Sequence record: MH533020.1
DNA from: Acinetobacter phage ABPH49
Length of the DNA: 64,000 bases
Direction: 5' to 3' (one strand)
Made by a program: the position numbers and the translations under genes. Below are positions 42,398-49,870 of this stretch, piece after piece. The notes under the pieces are model-generated. The model worked only from the letters and a program-made list of their open reading frames with translations. It was not told the DNA's origin and ran no database searches. How positions within the stretch are numbered: position 1 is the stretch's first letter; the number at the start of each line of letters is the position of its first letter.

Positions 42398-43725
42398 GCT
42401 ACGAAATCGGCAGTGAGTCCGCCATCAAGAGCATCATGAGCGGAAAAAATACATTCATTACAGGCCCGGGTGGCTCTGGTAAGTCACAGATCATCCACAC
42501 GGTACAGGACATGTTGGGAGAATCTTCCCTGTCTCTGGCACCAACGGGTATCGCGGCATTGAACATCAACGGCATGACAGCACACCGTGCGATGGGACTG
42601 TCGATGGGTGTGACAATGGACGAAGACATTACAAAGGTCCGTTCCAACAAACAGGCCAAGCTGTTGTCTTCTCCGGCAATCAAGCGTATCATTCTGGACG
42701 AGGTCAGTATGATCCGTGCAGACAAGCTGTACGAAATGGACCACAAGTTCCGCCACTTCCGCAAAAACAGTAAGCCGTTTGGTGGTTTGCAGGTTGTAGC
42801 GTTTGGCGACGGATTCCAGATCAGCCCGGTCCTGACGCAGCGTGAAGCGATGGATTTCAGAAACCTGTATGGTTCAGAGATCCCGTTCGACTCGCAGACG
42901 TGGTCAGAAGCAGGGTTCCATAACATCCTGCTGGACAAGGTTTGGCGTCAGGAGGACAAGGAGTTTAGTGGTGCCCTGAACAATCTTCGTGTTGGCCGGG
43001 ACATTGATGCGGCGATCGCCTTCATCAACAACCGCTGCGCTAACAAGGGGATTCATTCGGACGCGGTAACCCTGACTTCGACCAACAAATTGGCCGACGA
43101 GATCAACTTGCGGGAGTTTAATGCTCTCCCGGGCAAGAAGTCTACCCACAGGGCGAGTATCTTGGGCGACTTCAAGGATCGACCAGTTGCTGAGGTTCTG
43201 GAATTGAAGGAGGGTTTGAAGGTGATGATCACCGCCAATGACCAAGCCGTTCCTTCCCGGTACGTCAATGGTACGGTCGGAATCGTCCGGCGCATGGCCT
43301 CGAGCTACATTCTTGTTGATATCGACGGGGATCTGGTTGAAATCATGCCGAAAGAGTGGAAGAATATCGGTTATGAGATCCAACGTCATCAGGAAGAGGT
43401 GTTTGACAAGGAAGGTAATCCGAAGTTCGTGATGGTGGATAAGAAGGTTGAGGTAAATCTCGGCCAGTACACTCAGTTCCCTTTGAAGTTGGGTTACGCC
43501 ATCACCACCCACAAGTCCCAAGGCCTGACTCTGGGTCGTGTGAACATTGACCTCGGTCACGCTGGTGCATTCACCGCCGGTCAGGCTTACGTGGCGCTGT
43601 CACGTGCTCGCTCCACCGAAGGCCTGCGGATGGTTAAACCTCTGCGAAGAAAAGATATCATCGTAGATAAGCGTGTGGTAGACTTCTACCTGAAGACATT
43701 CCCAACGCTGAGAGGAGAAGGTTGA
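42394..43725 (+). CDS. SF1B DNA helicase (Dda/PIF1/RecD-like)
   Basis: Walker A ITGPGGSGKSQ, Walker B ILDEVSM, motif III VAFGDGFQ, C-terminal TTHKSQGLT; GTG start overlaps the upstream stop (GTGA) with an AAGAGGGGA RBS. Confidence 0.8.
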   Translation: MSYEIGSESAIKSIMSGKNTFITGPGGSGKSQIIHTVQDMLGESSLSLAPTGIAALNINGMTAHRAMGLSMGVTMDEDITKVRSNKQAKLLSSPAIKRIILDEVSMIRADKLYEMDHKFRHFRKNSKPFGGLQVVAFGDGFQISPVLTQREAMDFRNLYGSEIPFDSQTWSEAGFHNILLDKVWRQEDKEFSGALNNLRVGRDIDAAIAFINNRCANKGIHSDAVTLTSTNKLADEINLREFNALPGKKSTHRASILGDFKDRPVAEVLELKEGLKVMITANDQAVPSRYVNGTVGIVRRMASSYILVDIDGDLVEIMPKEWKNIGYEIQRHQEEVFDKEGNPKFVMVDKKVEVNLGQYTQFPLKLGYAITTHKSQGLTLGRVNIDLGHAGAFTAGQAYVALSRARSTEGLRMVKPLRRKDIIVDKRVVDFYLKTFPTLRGEG

Positions 43726-43916
43726 TGGAAGACGAATACGTTAACCACACTATCGTGTTGCCGGGTCCGTGCCCGGTAATCATTGCAGTTTCCAAAACTA
43801 TCGCCGTAGATGCTGCAAAAAGCATGTATGGTGAGAAATGGGAAAGTAAAGGGGTAACTGTGCGTAAGACCACGGTGAATGATTTCCGACTGCTGAATCC
43901 AAGGGGTACAAAATGA
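43722..43916 (+). CDS. hypothetical protein (64 aa)
   Basis: ATGA overlap. Confidence 0.55.
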   Translation: MMEDEYVNHTIVLPGPCPVIIAVSKTIAVDAAKSMYGEKWESKGVTVRKTTVNDFRLLNPRGTK

Positions 43917-44119
43917 GCATACCGTTTTATGATGACGGGGTGTCAGCTTTCTACTTCCCCCCGGAAGATAAAGATCAGGGTGGTAACATCCAGATTATCG
44001 ATGAAGAGGGTGGGGAGATTTGGCTGACAACTGATCAGGCAGCTGCACTGCGTGAGGTCCTTAACAAGGCACTCAAGATCGCAGACGAGAAAGAGGGGAC
44101 CTTCGATGTCAACAATTAA
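43913..44119 (+). CDS. hypothetical acidic protein (68 aa)
   Basis: ATGA overlap. Confidence 0.55.
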   Translation: MSIPFYDDGVSAFYFPPEDKDQGGNIQIIDEEGGEIWLTTDQAAALREVLNKALKIADEKEGTFDVNN

Positions 44120-44339
44120 AGATTGCTTCGGCAACGAGGTGCGTCTGGGAGACACGATTTACTTCTCCCGGGGTAATGCTGGTGCCAAGCCGTGGGAAAA
44201 GTCGGTGGTTACCAAGATCACTGCAAAAACCATCACCTTCCACGGTAAGACGGGAAGTATGTACCGGTCAGAGTCAGAGGAGCTTCGGCGGGGTGAAGGT
44301 TGTTTCGTAATTGACATGGGAGCACGTGCAGATGGCTAA
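44106..44339 (+). CDS. hypothetical protein (77 aa)
   Basis: internal ATG MSTIKDCFG. Confidence 0.5.
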   Translation: MSTIKDCFGNEVRLGDTIYFSRGNAGAKPWEKSVVTKITAKTITFHGKTGSMYRSESEELRRGEGCFVIDMGARADG

Positions 44340-44517
44340 GAAATTCAAGGGTGGCGATGTTGTAATCCTGAACAGCGGTGGTCCCCACATGACCATCAGT
44401 CGCTACGAAGACGATGAAATTTGCAGCGCTACATGGTGGAACGGCTCAGAGTTCACTGCCGCCCGGTTCCATCAGGAATCTCTGACCAAGGTGGAGAAGA
44501 AGGAGGCCAAGCAATGA
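44332..44517 (+). CDS. DUF2158 (YodC-like) small protein, paralog 1
   Basis: MAKKFKGGDVVILNSGGPHMTI matches the DUF2158 signature FK.GD.V.LKSGGP.MTV. Confidence 0.65.
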   Translation: MAKKFKGGDVVILNSGGPHMTISRYEDDEICSATWWNGSEFTAARFHQESLTKVEKKEAKQ

Positions 44518-44702
44518 TGGTTAAGGACCTGTCAAAGGATCTGACTGCACTGAGCAATGATAAATTGCTGAAGATGCGAGACGTCGCCAACGATAACTAC
44601 TTGGAAGCCAAGATCGAGATGGCGAAGGCAGAACAGTACCTGTACCAGATTTTCGGTGAAATTGATCGTCGCCGGATGTTGGAAGGGCAGAGGCAAGCAT
44701 AA
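44514..44702 (+). CDS. hypothetical protein (62 aa)
   Basis: AGGAGG RBS. Confidence 0.55.
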   Translation: MMVKDLSKDLTALSNDKLLKMRDVANDNYLEAKIEMAKAEQYLYQIFGEIDRRRMLEGQRQA

Positions 44703-44896
44703 TGGCACCGGCAGACTTCACATACCAGATTAACGAACGGCTGAAGTTCGATCAGGGCGACAAGTCTTATCATTTCCGTGGAGAAGGCAAGGTCCTTCTC
44801 CAACAGAACTACCCGCAGTGCAACTGCTATCTGGTGGAAATGGACGACGGTCGCAAGGTGCAGGTCGTCGAGGAGCACATCCTCGGCAAGATTTGA
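44702..44896 (+). CDS. hypothetical protein (64 aa)
   Basis: ATAATG overlap. Confidence 0.55.
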   Translation: MAPADFTYQINERLKFDQGDKSYHFRGEGKVLLQQNYPQCNCYLVEMDDGRKVQVVEEHILGKI

Positions 44897-44905
44897 GGAG
44901 TTCCA

Positions 44906-45142
44906 ATGGAAAGCAAAGAGTTAGGGCTGTACTGTATTGAGGTCCGGGGTGCAGCCCCGGAGAGTGGTAAATTAGAGACTGCCCGCCAAGTTTACGTGGT
45001 GGCAGACTCTCCAGAGCACGCAAAATTGCAAGTTAGCGGCTTGTCTGGTGTGGTTTGCACCTTCGATAACGACAAGCATGAAAGTAAACTGGTTGGTTTT
45101 GGCAGCACGACTGATCCGAAGAAGTCAAAAATTTATCACTAA
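44906..45142 (+). CDS. hypothetical protein (78 aa)
   Basis: GAGGAG RBS. Confidence 0.6.
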   Translation: MESKELGLYCIEVRGAAPESGKLETARQVYVVADSPEHAKLQVSGLSGVVCTFDNDKHESKLVGFGSTTDPKKSKIYH

Positions 45143-45154
45143 GGAGTAGCACAA

Positions 45155-45424
45155 ATGACTCAAAGTATCGAGATTGCAACATTCGTAGAAGGTATTGGCG
45201 CAGTGGTTCTGGACGTTCAATACAACTACCTCCCCGCCGTGATCGGTGCCAATTCCGACTGGGATTCCCGCAACCACATCGAAATTGTCGAAGCATCTTT
45301 GTGGCAAAAAGGTGAAAAGCTGGACGTTGACATTGATCTGAATCAGGTGTACCCTGTAGTTTCGGCTCGACTTCAGGAAGTTGAGATGGAACAGGCATTC
45401 GAAGAAGAGGAAGGGGGCTTTTGA
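45155..45424 (+). CDS. hypothetical acidic protein (89 aa)
   Basis: AAGGAG RBS. Confidence 0.6.
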   Translation: MTQSIEIATFVEGIGAVVLDVQYNYLPAVIGANSDWDSRNHIEIVEASLWQKGEKLDVDIDLNQVYPVVSARLQEVEMEQAFEEEEGGF

Positions 45425-45594
45425 TGGATGATGTTTACATCATCACTCATGCAGACTCCACCGTTCTTTCCAAGGAAATCGTGCGGGTAAGTGACCTGTT
45501 TGGTTACCGATTCGTAGGTCCAGTCAGTACAGCAACCTGTATGAAGACTGGCAAGATCATGTACACGGCAACACTGGTGCGAGGGAAAGAATGA
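45424..45594 (+). CDS. hypothetical small protein (~56 aa)
   Basis: not in track; overlap-coupled (TGATGG). Confidence 0.4.
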   Translation: MDDVYIITHADSTVLSKEIVRVSDLFGYRFVGPVSTATCMKTGKIMYTATLVRGKE

Positions 45595-47789
45595 GCGGTG
45601 GAATCTTTGGTGATGGCCTGCTAGGCGGGTACAAGTTGGGGTACAAAAACCCTAAAGCATCGGCGACACGAAGCTCAGGGGGCGGTAGAATGGAAAAGTA
45701 TCAGGAAACGTTGGAGGATATCCTGACATATCCTTCGAAGGCAATCCCAGAACGAGGAATCTCCGAGGAGACAGCACGTCACTTCGGTATCCGGGTAAAG
45801 CTTTCAGCTAAGGATGGCCTGACGCACGAAGCACACTATTTCCCTTACTACATCGAGGGCAAGGTGTGTGGCTACAAAAAGCGTGATCTGACGATCCCTA
45901 AACTCCAGAACGGTCACTTCTCGACCATCGGGTATCAGGGCGTACAGTGCGAGCTGTTTGGTATGCACGCTGCCAACAAAACATCCAAACGGATGATCGT
46001 TATCACCGAAGGTGAGTATGACGCGGCGATTGCATGGCAGACGATCCGCGAGAACTACAAGAAAGACGGTAAGCCGGTAAAAATCAACCCGACGGTGGTT
46101 TCAATCACCAACGGTACCAGCAACGCAGTGCAGTGTTTGTCCCAAAAGGTCAACTACAAGCTGGTGAATAAGTTCGAGCAGGTGATCGTTGCATTCGATG
46201 GTGACAAAGCCACCGAGGCAGAGAAAGCCAAGGGCATCATGAAGGGTAAAGACGCCACGGCGGCGGTGTACTCGGTAATCCCGCAGATGAAAGTCTCGGA
46301 CATCCCTGAGGACATGGACCCTTGTGACATGTACAACAAAGGCATGGCCGTCCAGCTGTTCTGGTCGTTCTTCAAGCCAAAAGAGTACGTCCCTGAGGGC
46401 TTCAGCCTGTACGAGCAGTTCCGCGACAAAGCGCATGAACTTCCAACGCTGGGCCGTCCGTGGCCTTGGCCGACGATGACCAAGAAGACTCTGGGCCGAA
46501 GACTCGGCGAGGGCTACTTCATTGGTGCAGGCGTCAAGATGGGTAAGTCGGAGTGGCTTAACCAGTTGGTAGAGCACATCATTGTCACGGAGAGGACAAA
46601 GGTTGCGGTGTTCAAGTTCGAGGAAGAGAACAAGATCACCTGTCAGAAGGTTGCCGGGAAGCGGTACCACAAGGACTTTACAAACGCTGAGAAGGTGTTG
46701 TACCCTCAAGAAGATGGGTCTTACAAGGACATCTGGGGTAATGAGGTCCACCCGGGGATGCGTGGATACTTCACGCAGGAAGAGCTGGTTGAAGCAACGG
46801 ATAGTGTTGGAGACAACATCATCTATTACAACAACTACGGTCGAGCAGTTTGGGACGAAGTTAAGGGCGCGATCCGACACGCCGTGTTGGTAGAGGGCTG
46901 TCTTGACATCTTCATCGACCCAATCACTCGTCTGGTGCAGGGTATGAGCGCCAGTGACGCGAACATCGAGCTTGAACGCTTCTCTGATGAAATCAGTAAG
47001 ATGGCGAAAGAGTTGGGCTTCACGTACTACTGCTTCTGCCACCTGAACAAGCCAGAGAACGGCAAGCCGCACGAATTCGGCGGTCAGGTTCAGTCTGCAC
47101 AGTTCGCCGGTTCTCGTTCGATGATGCGTAACACGTACTACATGATTGGTATTGAGCGATCGAAAGATCCTGAGTTGTCACTGAAGCAACGCAACACCTC
47201 TCATTTCGTTATCCTTGATGACCGTAAGCATGGTCGTTCTGGTAAATTCCCGGTCTTCTACGACATTGATACCGGTGATTACCTCGAACCACCTGAAGGT
47301 TTCTTGGATTCTCAGTACGAGACGCTGAGGGAGTGGTATCTGGCCTATCCAGACTCCGATCCTACCAAGCTGGCACCGCGTGATGCATCCGTGCCTCTGT
47401 CGCCGGAGCAAGAGGTGGTGACCGAGTCGGACCTGACGCAGGACGACATTCCGGCCATGCGTGATCAGGACAAAGAGCCTGTTTACCCGGAAGAGGAAGA
47501 GGACGAGCCAGAGTTCAATCAGGATGATGAACCAGTAGCTGAGGAAAAGACTGACACTCCGACGGAGGAACCAAAAACTCCAGAGGTTGTGAGTGAAGAA
47601 CCAAAACCGGAACCACAGCAGGAAGCCCCTGTAGAGCCTGTGGCTGAACCGGTAGTCGAACCAGTGCAACCGGAAGGTCGTGAAGAGATCTCTTCTCCTG
47701 CCGCCCCTGCGGAGCCGCCTGAACCACCTGTGGCGAGTTTCGGAGAGTGGCAAGAGGATGACGACGACGATGACTCCTGCCCGTTCTAA
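45591..47789 (+). CDS. bifunctional primase-helicase (TOPRIM primase + DnaB/gp4-type helicase) with acidic P/E-rich C-tail
   Basis: TOPRIM-like ITEGEYDAAI ... VIVAFDGDKA; Walker A GAGVKMGKSEW; about 150-aa E/P/D-rich tail; no N-terminal Cys4 zinc ribbon seen. Confidence 0.8.
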   Translation: MSGGIFGDGLLGGYKLGYKNPKASATRSSGGGRMEKYQETLEDILTYPSKAIPERGISEETARHFGIRVKLSAKDGLTHEAHYFPYYIEGKVCGYKKRDLTIPKLQNGHFSTIGYQGVQCELFGMHAANKTSKRMIVITEGEYDAAIAWQTIRENYKKDGKPVKINPTVVSITNGTSNAVQCLSQKVNYKLVNKFEQVIVAFDGDKATEAEKAKGIMKGKDATAAVYSVIPQMKVSDIPEDMDPCDMYNKGMAVQLFWSFFKPKEYVPEGFSLYEQFRDKAHELPTLGRPWPWPTMTKKTLGRRLGEGYFIGAGVKMGKSEWLNQLVEHIIVTERTKVAVFKFEEENKITCQKVAGKRYHKDFTNAEKVLYPQEDGSYKDIWGNEVHPGMRGYFTQEELVEATDSVGDNIIYYNNYGRAVWDEVKGAIRHAVLVEGCLDIFIDPITRLVQGMSASDANIELERFSDEISKMAKELGFTYYCFCHLNKPENGKPHEFGGQVQSAQFAGSRSMMRNTYYMIGIERSKDPELSLKQRNTSHFVILDDRKHGRSGKFPVFYDIDTGDYLEPPEGFLDSQYETLREWYLAYPDSDPTKLAPRDASVPLSPEQEVVTESDLTQDDIPAMRDQDKEPVYPEEEEDEPEFNQDDEPVAEEKTDTPTEEPKTPEVVSEEPKPEPQQEAPVEPVAEPVVEPVQPEGREEISSPAAPAEPPEPPVASFGEWQEDDDDDDSCPF

Positions 47790-48237
47790 GGTGTGTAAGA
47801 AGTGCGGGGCTGAAAAGCCCCTCACTGACTTTTACCGCCACAGTGGAATGCTTGATGGGTTCTTAAACCACTGCAAGTCGTGCGTCAAGTCTCGGGTTAA
47901 GAATCACCGGGATGAGAACATAATGGAAGTTCGACAAAAAGATCAGGAAAGGGCTGCGAGAAGGGATATGGTTGCAGCTACCAAATCAGGAAAGAAGTAT
48001 CGTCAGCGAAACCCAGAGAAATACAGGGCACACACGGCGGTAGGTAATGCAGTTAGGGATGGAACCCTTATTAAACCTACCAATTGTGAGAGGTGTGGGT
48101 CTGGAGGCAGGATTACCGGACACCACCACTCTTACGCTGAAGAATTCCATCTTGACGTACTGTGGTTATGCTATCCTTGCCACTCGGCAGAGCATAAAAG
48201 GTTAAACCTTCTGGGGATTGACCCAGACAATGGTTGA
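47758..48237 (+). CDS. HNH endonuclease (homing-endonuclease-like)
   Basis: CKKCG...CKSC then CERCGSGGRITGHHHSYAEEFHLDVLWLCYPCHSAEH (HNH motif); its start overlaps the primase-helicase tail in another frame. Confidence 0.7.
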   Translation: MTTTMTPARSKVCKKCGAEKPLTDFYRHSGMLDGFLNHCKSCVKSRVKNHRDENIMEVRQKDQERAARRDMVAATKSGKKYRQRNPEKYRAHTAVGNAVRDGTLIKPTNCERCGSGGRITGHHHSYAEEFHLDVLWLCYPCHSAEHKRLNLLGIDPDNG

Positions 48238-48245
48238 CTTTTCCA

Positions 48246-48276
48246 AAGGGGTGGCGTAAGCTGCCCCTTAGTTTTA
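48246..48276 (+). terminator. terminator hairpin GGGG...CCCC plus T-run
   Basis: AAGGGGTGGCGTAAGCTGCCCCTT then AGTTTTAT. Confidence 0.5.
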
Positions 48277-48291
48277 TCCACGGAGGACAAG

Positions 48292-48456
48292 ATGAAGAAG
48301 AAATATATCATTTTTGGAAGGATGGGTGTTGACTATGACTGGCATCAGGTCGGCACCGTGTATGCTGAGTTCTTGGACCAGCGCATGAAGCACTATTACA
48401 AAACATGGCGACAGCTGAAAACTGAGGAGATTACGTATGACCGTGATGAAGGGTAA
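48292..48456 (+). CDS. hypothetical small protein (54 aa)
   Basis: not in track; GGAGGACAAG-ATG. Confidence 0.5.
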   Translation: MKKKYIIFGRMGVDYDWHQVGTVYAEFLDQRMKHYYKTWRQLKTEEITYDRDEG

Positions 48457-48823
48457 AGAAGAACTGGGCGTTCTGTTGGAAGACGGAAAGAAGTACGCGC
48501 GAATTGTCGGAGCGATCGGTCAGGCTGCTGACCTCCACATTGGGTCCGGTAAGGCAGAAGACGCTGAGTCAATCATCACCTTCGCCCAGCTGATAAATGA
48601 CACCTCTGGGTTGCTGGAAACCCTCGTCTCCGAGTTGGATAAAACCCGACAGGCAGCGGATGCACGTCTGGAGTGTGTCCAGATTTATCACCGCCGCCAG
48701 CAATACATCACCAATATTGCTGCAAAATACCCTGATCTGCCTGTAAGCGAGGTCATGGAGATGACGCGTCAGTACATGATCCGAACAAATAAAGAGGTTG
48801 CCGATGGCGCAGAGTCGGCATGA
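48437..48823 (+). CDS. hypothetical protein (128 aa)
   Basis: GAGGAG RBS. Confidence 0.6.
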   Translation: MTVMKGKEELGVLLEDGKKYARIVGAIGQAADLHIGSGKAEDAESIITFAQLINDTSGLLETLVSELDKTRQAADARLECVQIYHRRQQYITNIAAKYPDLPVSEVMEMTRQYMIRTNKEVADGAESA

Positions 48824-49004
48824 ATTGATTGCGATGGGTATTCGCATGGCTATGGATGTTGTCCAGCAGGCTCGGGATAACATCTGCGCCGGTGGCGATG
48901 CAACATCTCGCCAGTACGAAGAGTCCATCGTAGGGCCGTATCTCGATGGGGTACACGACGAGTTGAACGACATAGCAAGTGACCTGCATAAAAAGGGAGA
49001 GTAG
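48804..49004 (+). CDS. hypothetical protein (~66 aa)
   Basis: AAAGAGG RBS. Confidence 0.55.
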   Translation: MAQSRHELIAMGIRMAMDVVQQARDNICAGGDATSRQYEESIVGPYLDGVHDELNDIASDLHKKGE

Positions 49005-49006
49005 TG

Positions 49007-49291
49007 ATGGCAAGAATAACAAGACCAAAAGACCGTATCGCACACCTCACCGATGAGGCGATAAAAGAGGCTTTCGAGGGGACAAACTTTGGCCGCGAGG
49101 ATTACGATGTGATCTTGGCCGAGGTTGTTGTCAAGCGTGCCGCCGGGTATTGGTGCGGACACACCGCAACCTACCTCGCCGAGAAACTGGGCCTGATCTC
49201 ACCTAAGACCCACAACCCGACAAAAGCTGGTTATGAGTGGGCCTGCGAAGTGTTCTATTCCCGCCGGGAGAGAAAGGGGGCGACTTCATGA
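49007..49291 (+). CDS. hypothetical protein (94 aa)
   Basis: GGGAGAG RBS. Confidence 0.6.
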   Translation: MARITRPKDRIAHLTDEAIKEAFEGTNFGREDYDVILAEVVVKRAAGYWCGHTATYLAEKLGLISPKTHNPTKAGYEWACEVFYSRRERKGATS

Positions 49292-49593
49292 CAAAATTCA
49301 AAGGAACCAAAGGGCCTTGGGAGGCATTCGTCGGGCATGGTGGGTTGACACTCGCAATCCACACTCCCGGGGACAGAGGCTGCGATAATGTTGTGGGGTG
49401 GATGGGTTTCGACAGTATTGACGAAACAGCCAAGGTCAAGGTTGCGAATGCAAGACTGATAGCTGCCGCCCCAGAGCTGCTTGAGGTACTGGAATCAATA
49501 ATCTCTTGCCAAGAAAACAATGGTGCCATTTCGGCAGCGCACCTAATCGCTGCGAAGGCTGTTGTACGTAAAGCTCTTACTCAAAGAGGTTGA
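49288..49593 (+). CDS. hypothetical protein (101 aa)
   Basis: ATGA overlap; start MTKFKGTKGPW. Confidence 0.55.
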   Translation: MTKFKGTKGPWEAFVGHGGLTLAIHTPGDRGCDNVVGWMGFDSIDETAKVKVANARLIAAAPELLEVLESIISCQENNGAISAAHLIAAKAVVRKALTQRG

Positions 49594-49594
49594 C

Positions 49595-49861
49595 ATGTAC
49601 AGAAATGAAGACGAATGCCTTGCTGCGGGGCTTGACCCCAAAGAGGTAGAGAAAATTGCCAGAGGTCTGAGCCGCTATGGAAAGATGGCGAAGGATCTGG
49701 GAATCTCTGTTTTCGGTGGGTCTGGGTCGGGATCTTTGCGATTCAACCAGATGAACGGAAAGCCAGAGCTTATTGTTGCCGACCTCGTCGGTGGCATTTT
49801 TGACGGCGGAGACGGGGCAACGGATTACGATTCTGATGGCCTGCGACGCGGAGAGATGTAA
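49595..49861 (+). CDS. hypothetical protein (88 aa)
   Basis: AAAGAGG RBS. Confidence 0.6.
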   Translation: MYRNEDECLAAGLDPKEVEKIARGLSRYGKMAKDLGISVFGGSGSGSLRFNQMNGKPELIVADLVGGIFDGGDGATDYDSDGLRRGEM

Positions 49862-49870
49862 GGAGAGTGA

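Noticed and set aside
46101-47072. 323-aa antisense ORF inside the primase-helicase gene (46101-47072, minus), with other long antisense ORFs at 40133-41116, 51461-52555, 58666-59937 and 60289-60987
   Set aside because: They lie entirely inside strongly supported plus-strand genes with recognisable motifs (ligase, polymerase, etc.). They lack RBSs, have low-complexity or atypical composition, and are typical shadow ORFs of GC-rich coding DNA.
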